Notes under the pieces: model-generated | The model's database searches: none | What the model was told of the DNA's origin: nothing | The model's input: only the letters and a program-made list of their open reading frames with translations | Shown: piece by piece, positions 36,762 to 46,677 of the stretch | Position numbering within the stretch: position 1 is the first letter of the stretch | Layout of the letters: every line of letters starts with the position of its first letter | DNA from: Thalassolituus sp. UBA1087 | GTDB taxonomy: Bacteria; Pseudomonadota; Gammaproteobacteria; Pseudomonadales; Oceanobacteraceae | Direction: 5' to 3' | Length of the DNA stretch: 64,000 nucleotides | NCBI GenBank assembly: GCA_002314145.1 | Contig: DCCG01000002.1 | Span: 22,155 to 86,154 of the forward strand | Made by a program: the position numbers and the translations under genes

Positions 36762-38237
36762 CTATCCTTGTGCCTGCAGTTGCCGGTCAGTCAGCTGTGC
36801 CAGCGTCTGTAACGCATGATCCAAATCCGTATTCCAGGGCAGTGAACTGTTCAGACGGATACAGTGATCAAAATGATGACTATTAGAAAATAAGCCCCCG
36901 GGCACAATGGTTACCGAGCGCTGTGATGCTTCGTGATAAAGCTGTGTGGCATCAACCTGCTGTGGCAGTGCCACCCACAACACAAAGCCACCATGAGGTT
37001 CCGTCACACGGGTTCCCGCCGGAAAATAATGATGAATGGCATCCAGCATGCGTCGCATATATTCCGCCACTTTCGGCCTGATCTGACGCAGGTGGCGGTC
37101 ATACTGACCGTTCTGCAAATATGAACTGACCGCATATTGCGAAATGGATGGTGCTGAGAAAGTGGTGAACATCTGCTGCTCACATACCTGCTGAAACCAG
37201 CGTCCGGGAATACACCAGCCAACACGCAGACCGGCCGACAATGTTTTTGAAAACGACGAGCAATACAGAACCCGGCCATCGCGGTCGAAGGTTTTCAATA
37301 CGGTATTAAAGGTTTCACTGCCACTGGCCGCTGAGTGACCTAACTCACCGTAAACGTCATCTTCAATAATGCCGATATTATATTCCTGCGCCAGTTGCAG
37401 CAGTTTTTTCTGCCGGCTTTCCGACAAAACAGCACCGGTCGGATTGGAGTAACGGGAATTAATGGCCACCATTTTTACCGGCCATTGTTGCAATGCCAGC
37501 TGCAAAGCCTCAGGACTCATGCCATGTTGCGGGTCGGTGGGTATTTCTATTATTTTGATCCCCAACAGACCCGCCACCTGCAACAGACCGTAATAACATG
37601 GTGATTCCACCGCGATCAGTTCGCCCGCCTTCATCGTGGCGCGCAGTACCAGTGCCAGCGCCTCGGCACAGCCATTGGTAATGATGATATCGTCAGCCAG
37701 ACAGCGCACACCGACATCCCGCATACGCGCAGCCAACTGACGACGAAGCCCGGTAAAGCCTGGAGAAAACTGATAATCCAGCACCTCCGCCGTATGAAAA
37801 CGACTGACTTTATTAATGTGCGTCTGCAGTTGCCGCAGAGGCAGCAGCTCTGCCGCCGGAATGGCCGCCCCCAGGTTAATCTGACTGGGCCGGGTAATCT
37901 GACCGAGCATATCGTTGATTAACGCTGACTTGGTAAACTCCTGCGGGTTTCCGCCGCGTGAAGCCGGCGGCAATGTGCCGGGTGTCCGCTCCTGTAACCC
38001 CGGGGTAAAACAGGAGCGCACGTAATAACCGGACTGTGGCCGGGCCAGCAACCAGCCCTGATCTTCAAGCCAGCGATAGGCCTGCGTCACGGTGGAAATA
38101 CTGACACCACGAACCGTGCTCATATGGCGCACACTGGGGATTTTCTCACCCACCGGATACACCCCGGATTCGATATCCGTAATCAGTTCCCGCGCAAGCC
38201 GGTGATAAAGGTGATCCGCTTTTTCTTTGCTGAGCAT
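36762..38237 (-). CDS. MocR/GntR family PLP-dependent transcriptional regulator
   Basis: wHTH IPSVR...VSISTVTQAY..LE...RPQSGYYV; aminotransferase domain ESPCY, SNPTG, EDDVYGEL, SFSKT, GLRVGW; SD AGGAGG. Confidence 0.95.
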   Translation of the reverse strand: MLSKEKADHLYHRLARELITDIESGVYPVGEKIPSVRHMSTVRGVSISTVTQAYRWLEDQGWLLARPQSGYYVRSCFTPGLQERTPGTLPPASRGGNPQEFTKSALINDMLGQITRPSQINLGAAIPAAELLPLRQLQTHINKVSRFHTAEVLDYQFSPGFTGLRRQLAARMRDVGVRCLADDIIITNGCAEALALVLRATMKAGELIAVESPCYYGLLQVAGLLGIKIIEIPTDPQHGMSPEALQLALQQWPVKMVAINSRYSNPTGAVLSESRQKKLLQLAQEYNIGIIEDDVYGELGHSAASGSETFNTVLKTFDRDGRVLYCSSFSKTLSAGLRVGWCIPGRWFQQVCEQQMFTTFSAPSISQYAVSSYLQNGQYDRHLRQIRPKVAEYMRRMLDAIHHYFPAGTRVTEPHGGFVLWVALPQQVDATQLYHEASQRSVTIVPGGLFSNSHHFDHCIRLNSSLPWNTDLDHALQTLAQLTDRQLQAQG

Positions 38238-38290
38238 GACGTCCTCCTGTAGCCGGCACCATCATATCCTTGCCGCTGTGCAGTGAACCG

Positions 38291-38343
38291 GTACAGTTCA
38301 GCAGAAAAACAGCAGTACAATTTAAGTTTAACCAAAACTGTAC
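38291..38343. promoter_or_regulatory. Candidate MocR operator array
   Basis: GTACAGTT (38291) and AACTGTAC (38336) form an inverted pair, with a third CAGTACAA box at 38313, in the divergent intergenic region. Confidence 0.55.
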
Positions 38344-38445
38344 TATTTATTCTTCAACCGTCTGCGTCTGCAGGCATTTTCCGTCACAAGGCATCATGAC
38401 TTCCGGTATCCACAGTTTGTTATTTGTGATTGGCAGGAGTCAGAC

Positions 38446-39129
38446 ATGCTTTTTTATTTATCGCCCGGCAAAGGCCCGTTCGCCAGTGTCAGAAGTTTCT
38501 TATTACTCCGCCGGATAGCGGCCACCCTGCTGATTGGCGCTGCTGTTCCGCTGATGCATCTGGCTCTGACGCAACTGAACCCGCTGTTGGTCAGTATAAG
38601 TGCCGGCCTGCTGGCCGGTCTGCTGGCATTATTGACGAATCACCATCAACGCTGGCGGCTGCCGCCACTGAGACACTGGCCTGCATTGGTTGTCTTCAGT
38701 GGTTCAATGATGATCGTCTTACCTTACCTGCTCGCCCTTTTGCTGCAGGCAGATCTGGCAGCAGCAGGGTCCTTACAAAGCGTCCCACTGCTGGCAGCTG
38801 TGGCGGTAACCGTCACGCTGACAGGCGCATGCAGTGGTGCCCTTATCATCCGGCAATATGGAATATGGCAGAGCATCAATCAGGCACTGCTGATCAGTCT
38901 GCCACTGACGGCTTTAGGCTGTGGTTATGCACTCGGACATCAGCACCCTCCTGCAGACGGATACCGGCCCGGGGTGATACTTGCCCTGGCCTATAACGGT
39001 ACCATTGCTCAGTGGCTGGTATTCCGTTTACTTCAGCGGCGTCATTCCACCACGACGGTGCGGCGATCCAGCTCGCCGCTGCGGTCCATGACCACAACTT
39101 CATGTTTACCGGTTTCTTCAAAACGGTAA
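38446..39129 (+). CDS. Degenerate/shortened DMT (EamA-like) membrane protein, possible pseudogene
   Basis: Strong SD AGGAG; hydrophobic segments resembling MocR-associated DMTs (QLNPLL, RWRLP, GIWQSINQALLISLP, AQWLVF). Shorter than a 10-TM DMT and reads 88 nt into the pbpC 3' end. Confidence 0.55.
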   Translation: MLFYLSPGKGPFASVRSFLLLRRIAATLLIGAAVPLMHLALTQLNPLLVSISAGLLAGLLALLTNHHQRWRLPPLRHWPALVVFSGSMMIVLPYLLALLLQADLAAAGSLQSVPLLAAVAVTVTLTGACSGALIIRQYGIWQSINQALLISLPLTALGCGYALGHQHPPADGYRPGVILALAYNGTIAQWLVFRLLQRRHSTTTVRRSSSPLRSMTTTSCLPVSSKR

Positions 39130-41450
39130 TTGATGCTCTGTACTTCGCCGCCGCTGGCGACAAAACGGCCGTCGACGAACCAGTCCCGGATGCCCCGCCC
39201 GCCCATGGCGCTGAGGGCAATTTCCGGCATTACAGCACTGCCGCCGCCCTGACTGCGGCTGGAACGTACGCGCATATCATCACTGATGCCGATAATCCGC
39301 AGCGGCTCCAGTGCTAACAGTGGCGGCTGATTACAGCGCGGATCGGCGGCGGGCAAACGCTGACGCATCCGCTGTGACGCCGGTACCCAGTGCTCCAGCG
39401 AACGCGGCCAGAGAGCAATGGTATGCGCCTGGCGCTGAGAGACCGCACATTCTGAATCCACTAACAGACCTTTTTCACTGGTCCAGTAGGTCAGTGGTGT
39501 TCGCCATAAACCATCGGTGCTGTTATTGATCAGGGTGGGCGGAATCTGCTGCCTGACGATATTGGCCTCATAGCTTTGCAGGCACTGAGCCGCAGGCGTA
39601 TCAACCGCCGCCAGACCCGATGGCCAGCAAATCAGCGCGCTGCTGACGGCGGAGGGTTTTGTCTGCGCAGCCGGTTTGGGATCAAGCCGGTCGAACAGTT
39701 TAAACATCACCGGCAGCGCACTGACAGCGCCATAATGGCCCGGCGATGGTGTTCCGTCAGGACGGCCAAACCACACGCCGATGGTCAGCTCAGGGGTCGT
39801 TCCCAGCGCCCAGGCATCGCGGAAACCGTAACTGGTGCCTGTCTTCCAGGCGATGCGCGCCTGGCGGCGTCCAATGGCAAAACTGCGGACCCGGTCCGGT
39901 CGCGGACTGCGCAGCATTTCAGCCGTTACCCAGGCCGCTTCCGGCGACAATAACCAACGGGACTTTTGCGCTGACGACGTCTCCTGCGCCTGATATGTCA
40001 GGGCAAAGACCTGCCCTTCATTCATCAGGGCGGAATACAGAGTCACCAGATCCGCCAGCGACAGACCGCCGCCACCCAGTGCCATGGCAAGGTTTGCCCG
40101 GCCCCCCGGCACACGATAGTGAATGCCGGCGTGCTGTAAGCTGCTGTCGAATATCTGCGGGGTTAAGGCTTCCAGCACCTGCACCGCCGGAAGGTTCAGC
40201 GAGCGCTGCAGCGCACCGGTCGCCGACACCGGACCGGAAAATTCACGGGTAAAGTTTTCCGGCTGATAGTCTTTTAAATAGCGCGGCACATCACGCAGCA
40301 GGCTGTGTGAATGAATCAGACCTTTATCAATGGCCATGCCATAAATAAAAGGCTTCATCGCAGATCCCGGGGAGCGCTGCGCCTGCACCATATCCACATG
40401 GCCAAAGCGGCTGTTGTCGGTAAAATCGGCGGACCCGGCGTAACCCAGCACCTGATGGGTGTGATTATCCACCACCAGGACCGCCGCCGAATGCGCAGCA
40501 GGATATTGCTGGATTTCCTGACGCAGAAAGTTTTCCAGCTGGCGCTGAATATCGGCATCCAGCGTGGTCCGGATCAGGCCCTGATCGGGATGTTGCTGGC
40601 TCAGTGTGCGCGCCAGCAACGGAGCCAGCTGTGGTGTTTCCGGATGATAGGCCAGCACAGGTTCCAGCAGAGCCTGCTGATAGTCCTGTGCCGAAATCAC
40701 GGCAAAATCTCTTAACCGGCGCAGTACTTTATCGCGGGCCTGGCGGGCACGCTGCGGATGGCGGTCAGGGCGCAGATAACTGGGTGCCTGGGGTAATACG
40801 GCCAGTAAGGCGCTTTCCGCCAGCGATAAATCTGCCGGCGATTTATCCAGATATAAGCGGCTGGCTGCTCCGGCACCCTCAATGACACCGCCCATGGGCG
40901 CGTAGTTGAGATAAAGATTGAGAATATCGTCTTTGCTGTAATGCCACTCCAGCTGCAGCGCCCGCACTGCCTGATAGAGTTTTCCTGCGACCGAGCGGCT
41001 GTGCGGATAAAAACGCCGCGCCACCTGCATGGTGATGGTTGAACCACCGGAGACAACACAGCCGCAACGCCAGTTCTGCCAGGCTGCCCTGACCAGCGCC
41101 AGAGGATTCACCCCGGGATGCCAGTAAAACCAGCGGTCTTCGTAATGAATCAGTGCTGTGACATAGGCCGGGGCAATATCGTCCTGACTGAGCGGATAAC
41201 GCCAGACCCCATTAGCATCGGCAAACGCCCGCAGAGGCCGGTCATGGCGATCTACCACCAGCTGAGCAAAATCCGCATTGTGGGCACGGTTGCCGGTGGC
41301 CGCACTGCGGGAATACGGGTCCGGTACCTGCAGCGGCCAGATAACATCCGCCACTTTTAGTAACAGCAACACAAGGCCCACAGCCAGCCCTGCCCGTTTC
41401 AACCAGGCGGGCAGGCTGCGCAGTGTTTCAGTGATCCGGCTTCTGATCAT
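39042..41450 (-). CDS. pbpC: Penicillin-binding protein 1C
   Basis: TG domain EDRWFY, GSTITMQVAR; TP motifs SAMK (SxxK), SLN (SxN), KTGT; C-terminal BiPBP-like domain; directly follows the alpha-2-macroglobulin gene. Start set at ATG 41450. Confidence 0.95.
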   Translation of the reverse strand: MIRSRITETLRSLPAWLKRAGLAVGLVLLLLKVADVIWPLQVPDPYSRSAATGNRAHNADFAQLVVDRHDRPLRAFADANGVWRYPLSQDDIAPAYVTALIHYEDRWFYWHPGVNPLALVRAAWQNWRCGCVVSGGSTITMQVARRFYPHSRSVAGKLYQAVRALQLEWHYSKDDILNLYLNYAPMGGVIEGAGAASRLYLDKSPADLSLAESALLAVLPQAPSYLRPDRHPQRARQARDKVLRRLRDFAVISAQDYQQALLEPVLAYHPETPQLAPLLARTLSQQHPDQGLIRTTLDADIQRQLENFLRQEIQQYPAAHSAAVLVVDNHTHQVLGYAGSADFTDNSRFGHVDMVQAQRSPGSAMKPFIYGMAIDKGLIHSHSLLRDVPRYLKDYQPENFTREFSGPVSATGALQRSLNLPAVQVLEALTPQIFDSSLQHAGIHYRVPGGRANLAMALGGGGLSLADLVTLYSALMNEGQVFALTYQAQETSSAQKSRWLLSPEAAWVTAEMLRSPRPDRVRSFAIGRRQARIAWKTGTSYGFRDAWALGTTPELTIGVWFGRPDGTPSPGHYGAVSALPVMFKLFDRLDPKPAAQTKPSAVSSALICWPSGLAAVDTPAAQCLQSYEANIVRQQIPPTLINNSTDGLWRTPLTYWTSEKGLLVDSECAVSQRQAHTIALWPRSLEHWVPASQRMRQRLPAADPRCNQPPLLALEPLRIIGISDDMRVRSSRSQGGGSAVMPEIALSAMGGRGIRDWFVDGRFVASGGEVQSINYRFEETGKHEVVVMDRSGELDRRTVVVE

Positions 41451-41451
41451 C

Positions 41452-44400
41452 TCACGGCTGCGACACGACCAGAATATCCGGAGTCTTACCGACGGCACGT
41501 ATTTCCGGATCGTACATATCCTCAACCAGTGGCGCCGGCACCTGATATTGACCCGGTGTCACTGCGCGTACCAGATAGAAAATATTGGTGGCGCTGTAAT
41601 AGGCTGAATCAAAGGCGGCCACATAACGGTCATCGCGGTATTCCTGATGCTGAATCCGGGATTCATTCCACCAGTCACTGATTTTGCGCTCATCGATGAT
41701 GACGTCATCCAGTTTGATGGAGGCATTCAGATTCTGGTTTTCCAGTTCCAGACCCGCCGGCAATAAGTCGATCAGCATCAGGTCCGGACGGCGATAGCGG
41801 TCTGCCGGTTTAACCAGTACCTGCACCAGCATCAGTTCACCAACCTTCATGCGCAGAGCGCCATCATCGACATCAATCAATTGCCCGTCGGTGGTGAAGT
41901 AACGGCGCTGAATCTGCAACCCGTCACTGACCGGTGGTGGCGGCTCATCACTGTGTCCCTGATACGCCAGCGACACAAACAATCGTTCGCCGGAGGTATT
42001 GGTCATGGTCAGGCCATCCGCCACAGATTCACCACTCAGCAGACGGCTGAACATGCCTTTTTTGTCCAGTTCTTCGGTTTTTCCGGCAGCCGACAATTCT
42101 CCCTGCCAACGGGTATCTGTCATCATTTCAGTGGCCGCCATAAAGACACTGTTGCGTTCCTGGGTACTGAGGTAATTACGCTGTTTTAACTGGTCAGCCA
42201 GTATCACCGCCTGATCCAGGGCATAACTTTTATCCAGCCCGTAATGCAACAGCAGCCGTACAACCTGTGCGGTATCACGGATCGGGGAGCCATAGTCACC
42301 GATGTAGGTATTACGCAGTCTCTGGGTCTGCTTTAAACGCGTCAGTAATTCCTGCGCCAGTTTTTTATCGCCCTGTAAATGTGCAGCCAGTGCCAGATGT
42401 AATACCGGCAGTGAAGGGGAATCATCCAGCAGGGCTTTCGCCAGCCGGCGGATTTCCGATAATGGTGCTTTTCTGTGGCGGGCCAGAACATAGGCAGCGT
42501 AGGCCTGATAGGACTGCCGGTAGACTTCCGGCCGGCCACTCCAGCGCTCCTGGAAGGTCGCCCGGCTGCGCACATATTCTCCCAGACGCTGCAGCGCTTT
42601 ACGCAACATATCAGCATCCACCCGCACGCCCTGGTCCTGGGCGTCGGTCAGAAAATCCGCGGCGTAGGCTGTCAGCCAGTGCTGCTCATAATCATCATGG
42701 CTGCTCCACAAGCCAAAGCCACCATGCGTCATCTGACGTTTCTGTACACGCTCCATACCCGAGGCCAGCGCATCGTCGCGCTGACGCCCGGTCTCGTTGC
42801 GGATTCCCATACGGGCAAGCTGATCCTGTGTTGCATAAACCCAGGGCCAGGTTGAGCTGACTGATTGCTCCAGACAACCGTAAGGATAATGCAGCAGTGA
42901 CTGCAGCTGACCACGGGGATTGAGGTTAACGGAGGTATTCACAGACAACAGCACCTGCAGGGATTGCGGACGCAGACCAGCCACTTCTTCAGGGGTCAGA
43001 GCAATTTGCTCACCCGGTTCCAGTACCTGATATTTTTTCTGCGTCAGTGCCGGATTGGCGTGGCGGCTGTTCAGCTTCCAGTGCCGTTCCAGACGGAAGT
43101 CATCAGCACCGCTCAGTACCATTCCGATATCCATTTGCCCGGCCGGATATTCGGCGCGCAATGGCAGCGTGACGGTGGTTTTTTCGCCATCGGCGAGGAC
43201 AAAATCTGACGCCTGAGCACCGCCGTTAAGAACGCTGACCGGTCCTGTGGCGGTCAATGACAGATGCAGTTGCTGTTCTTCACCACTGAGATTAGTGACA
43301 TCCAGCGCCACCCGGCTCTCATCTCCGACGGCAACAAAACGCGGCATGGAAAGCTGGGTAACCACCGGCGCTGCCAGCGTGACTTCCTGCTCCAGATGAC
43401 CAAAACGGTTATCGTCGAATGCCAGTGCCATTAACCGCAGCCGGCCATTAAAGTCCGGCAACGTCAGCGGAATATCGGCACTGCCATTGCGTACCGCTAC
43501 CAGACCGGAAAACAGGGAGACAATCTGTACTTCAGAGCGAGCTTTTTCTCCGCCACGACTGAGCGCATCGGCGTCACCACCAAACTTCATGGTTGCCAGA
43601 CGATTGTCGTTAAGATCAATCAGCCTGCCGTACATATCGCGGATATCGACCGAATAACGGCGCGGAGCAAAAAACCAGTCAAAGGCATCCGGTGTTTCAA
43701 AATCCGTCAGGGACAGTACGCCCACATCAACGGCAGCCAGCGTCACCCAGGCTTTATCCACCGGCTGTCCGCCGGCATCGCTGACGCTGACCCGGGTGGT
43801 TACCTGACGGTCCGGTTGCCATTTTTCCGGTGCATCCACACTGACCTGCAAATGCCGCGGTTCACGGTTTAACGGCAGATGAATCAGGCCCAGAGAACGC
43901 GTCGGGGTGATACGCTCTTTGTTATCCGCCGGTTGCAGATGCACCACGCTGATGTATATATCGTGACGTTTCCAGGCTTCATCCACCGGAATATTCACGG
44001 TTTTTCCGGCCGCCGGCACAGTGACCCGGCTGCTCCATAACAGCTCATCACTTTCCACCAGCACCAGGCTTTCCCCCGCCGCTGGCGGAACAATATTAAG
44101 CTGTGCAACATCACCGGCATCGTAGCCACCTTTATCCAGTGCCAGCGTGACTTTATCCGGGCGCGCGCCCTGCTCGCTGTCGGCAGAATCTTCCCAATAC
44201 CAGTACCAGCTTTCGCCGGCTTTAAAGGTCATGCTGCTGATCAGTCCGGTTTGCGGATCTTCCACTTCGATACGATAGTGGCCGTATTTTACCGGCAACA
44301 TAACAGTACTTTTACCATCGCTGCTGATGTCGGTGGTCAGCGTCAGGGCGTTGTATTCGCGATCGGTGGTTTCCATGTACCAGCCGCGTGATGAATCGTA

Positions 44401-46476
44401 ACGCCAGTGGTAACGCCGGTTCATATTAATCAGACGCACTTTGGCGTTACGGACACTGCTCAGCTGTCCGCTGGCATCGGTCCGGATGAGTTCAAAACCG
44501 GCCTGCGAATTGGCTGCCGCGTGTTCATTAAACGCGGGACGGATACCAATCAGTGAATCGGCCGGCAGAACCCGGGCGGTGTAACGACGCACCAGGGGTC
44601 GCCCGCCGGTTTCGTACAGACTGCCGGTCACAGTAACTGCCAGCGGCGTTTCCGCATCCCGCCATTGTGAGCTGAGTTCTATCTGATAACGCCCGTCACC
44701 GTCCAGATTGCCGCCCTGATATTGAAAGGTCTGGTTATTACTGTCATCGCGGCTGTTACCGAAAAAATACTCCGGATACTGTTCAAACGGATGCGCCAGC
44801 TGAGCAACCCGTACACTGGCATCAAAACGGTTGCCGGCGGCCGGCGCACCATAAAGATATTCCCCCAGCAATGGCACCCGCACTGTGTCTGACGGCGTAA
44901 AAAACAGCGGGCGGGTTTCACCCGGGTTAAAGGTGAGCTTTAACCGCTCGGGCATAAAGTCTTCGACTTTAAAGCGGTAAACAACCCGGTTTTTACTGAC
45001 CCCTTCCACTTCCAGACGCCAGTCACCGGTCTGCGCATCCTCCGCCAGAGGGTATTGATATTCATAGTAACCGGCGCCGCTGGACTGCAGACTGATGTCT
45101 TTTACTTTCTGTCCATCCGGACGGATGATGCGTGCTTTCAGCGGCTGGCGGCTCAGTGCTGCGCCATCTTCATCGCGTAATAAGGCTGAAAATACTGCGG
45201 TTTCGCCACCGCGATAAATATCCCGTGGTGCATAAATAAAGAGTTCGCGACTCTGATACGGACGTTCGCCCAGCTCAAAATCCGACAGATCCAGCGCCGC
45301 ATTATCAAGACTGACAAAGCTCACTGATTCCCCTTTGCGGGCGATCAGCACCTGTCCCCATTTTTTGCTGCGCCGTATTTTTACATAGCCCTGATCGTTA
45401 CTGCTGCCTTCATAGGCGACTGAGCCGTTGGCATTAATCAGCTGCACACTGGCGCCGGCGACCGGCGATGGCTGTGTCAGTGTGTTCAGATAGACATCAA
45501 AGTGATTGCCATAGGTGCGGATCTGCATACCGATATCGGTGACGGTGAAATAGGTCACGGATAAACGGCTGTCGAATTTCCCGGGACGCTCCATCACTGC
45601 AATGTAAACCCCTGCCTCACGCAGGGCTTTGATATTCTGCACCGGCAGATTCACCAGACGTCGTTTATTGCGGTCATCAGTCAGCGCAAAACGGCCACTG
45701 TATACGCTGTCAGAAAACCGCTGCAGTTCATCCAGGCGATAATAACGCTCACTGAGCCCGTTGCTTTTCCAGTTAATAAAAGCGCCCAGATCAGAATCAT
45801 TGACACGCAGAAAGGTTACATCCACTTCCGGCGTATTCAGCGCATAAACCGGCAGGCCGGTGTGCAGATTGAGTGGCAGAAAATGGCCATTACTGGCAAA
45901 ACTGGCGCTTGGCTGCAGACGACCAAAGCTGATGCTTTTTTCACTGGGTTTATGCAGTGTCTCACCGTTAATGGCTGTCAGCCCCGGGGAAACCGTGGCT
46001 TTATAAGTTGTATCCGGTTCAACCTGATCGAAATACGCGGTGGTGCCATCCTCTGACAGAACCCAGGCACCGGACTGCACACTCCAGCGCCCCGGCTGAA
46101 CCTGTTTTTCAACGGTGAAATAGGACTGAATATCTTTACTGGCATCGACCGGAACGGAAAAGGTCACACCAATAGCATTGCCATCGTCGTAACTGGCATC
46201 ACTGATATCGGCAACCTGCAGGGGAACGCCATCATAAATGGCATCATCCACCGCAGGGGGCACGGCTTCTGCCGGCGTTGTCCGGGCCTGTGCCTGAGGC
46301 TGCGCCTGACCTTCGTTAATTCCCTCAGCAGACGGGGATTGTGACTGACTGTCCTGTTGCTGCGGTGTGTTTGCGGCCGTTTTTTGCGGCGTGTCATTAT
46401 CACTGTCACTGCATCCATACAACAACACCGACGCACAGAAGAACGTCAGCAATAATGAGCGCGATGGGGGGAACAT
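41452..46476 (-). CDS. Bacterial alpha-2-macroglobulin (YfhM-like) lipoprotein
   Basis: 1674 aa; lipobox LYGC; thioester YPYGCLEQ; VEDFMPERL, AAVDVGVL, LPDFNGRLR, LLPAGLE, VEDMY motifs. Confidence 0.96.
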   Translation of the reverse strand: MFPPSRSLLLTFFCASVLLYGCSDSDNDTPQKTAANTPQQQDSQSQSPSAEGINEGQAQPQAQARTTPAEAVPPAVDDAIYDGVPLQVADISDASYDDGNAIGVTFSVPVDASKDIQSYFTVEKQVQPGRWSVQSGAWVLSEDGTTAYFDQVEPDTTYKATVSPGLTAINGETLHKPSEKSISFGRLQPSASFASNGHFLPLNLHTGLPVYALNTPEVDVTFLRVNDSDLGAFINWKSNGLSERYYRLDELQRFSDSVYSGRFALTDDRNKRRLVNLPVQNIKALREAGVYIAVMERPGKFDSRLSVTYFTVTDIGMQIRTYGNHFDVYLNTLTQPSPVAGASVQLINANGSVAYEGSSNDQGYVKIRRSKKWGQVLIARKGESVSFVSLDNAALDLSDFELGERPYQSRELFIYAPRDIYRGGETAVFSALLRDEDGAALSRQPLKARIIRPDGQKVKDISLQSSGAGYYEYQYPLAEDAQTGDWRLEVEGVSKNRVVYRFKVEDFMPERLKLTFNPGETRPLFFTPSDTVRVPLLGEYLYGAPAAGNRFDASVRVAQLAHPFEQYPEYFFGNSRDDSNNQTFQYQGGNLDGDGRYQIELSSQWRDAETPLAVTVTGSLYETGGRPLVRRYTARVLPADSLIGIRPAFNEHAAANSQAGFELIRTDASGQLSSVRNAKVRLINMNRRYHWRYDSSRGWYMETTDREYNALTLTTDISSDGKSTVMLPVKYGHYRIEVEDPQTGLISSMTFKAGESWYWYWEDSADSEQGARPDKVTLALDKGGYDAGDVAQLNIVPPAAGESLVLVESDELLWSSRVTVPAAGKTVNIPVDEAWKRHDIYISVVHLQPADNKERITPTRSLGLIHLPLNREPRHLQVSVDAPEKWQPDRQVTTRVSVSDAGGQPVDKAWVTLAAVDVGVLSLTDFETPDAFDWFFAPRRYSVDIRDMYGRLIDLNDNRLATMKFGGDADALSRGGEKARSEVQIVSLFSGLVAVRNGSADIPLTLPDFNGRLRLMALAFDDNRFGHLEQEVTLAAPVVTQLSMPRFVAVGDESRVALDVTNLSGEEQQLHLSLTATGPVSVLNGGAQASDFVLADGEKTTVTLPLRAEYPAGQMDIGMVLSGADDFRLERHWKLNSRHANPALTQKKYQVLEPGEQIALTPEEVAGLRPQSLQVLLSVNTSVNLNPRGQLQSLLHYPYGCLEQSVSSTWPWVYATQDQLARMGIRNETGRQRDDALASGMERVQKRQMTHGGFGLWSSHDDYEQHWLTAYAADFLTDAQDQGVRVDADMLRKALQRLGEYVRSRATFQERWSGRPEVYRQSYQAYAAYVLARHRKAPLSEIRRLAKALLDDSPSLPVLHLALAAHLQGDKKLAQELLTRLKQTQRLRNTYIGDYGSPIRDTAQVVRLLLHYGLDKSYALDQAVILADQLKQRNYLSTQERNSVFMAATEMMTDTRWQGELSAAGKTEELDKKGMFSRLLSGESVADGLTMTNTSGERLFVSLAYQGHSDEPPPPVSDGLQIQRRYFTTDGQLIDVDDGALRMKVGELMLVQVLVKPADRYRRPDLMLIDLLPAGLELENQNLNASIKLDDVIIDERKISDWWNESRIQHQEYRDDRYVAAFDSAYYSATNIFYLVRAVTPGQYQVPAPLVEDMYDPEIRAVGKTPDILVVSQP

Positions 46477-46677
46477 AGGTCGGTCCTTGATTCAGAATAC
46501 GATGGGGCTGAACTATAAACGTCTGCGTCCCTGCTGACCATGATATCCATCACTGGAATTAATCTGCATCCGGGCCAGACGCCGCCGATGACAGGCGCAG
46601 CGTCCGTGCCGGCAATAGCCTGACAACAACAGGTGGTTGCGTTGACATCTGTTAACCGCTGACAACATTTTGTTTCA

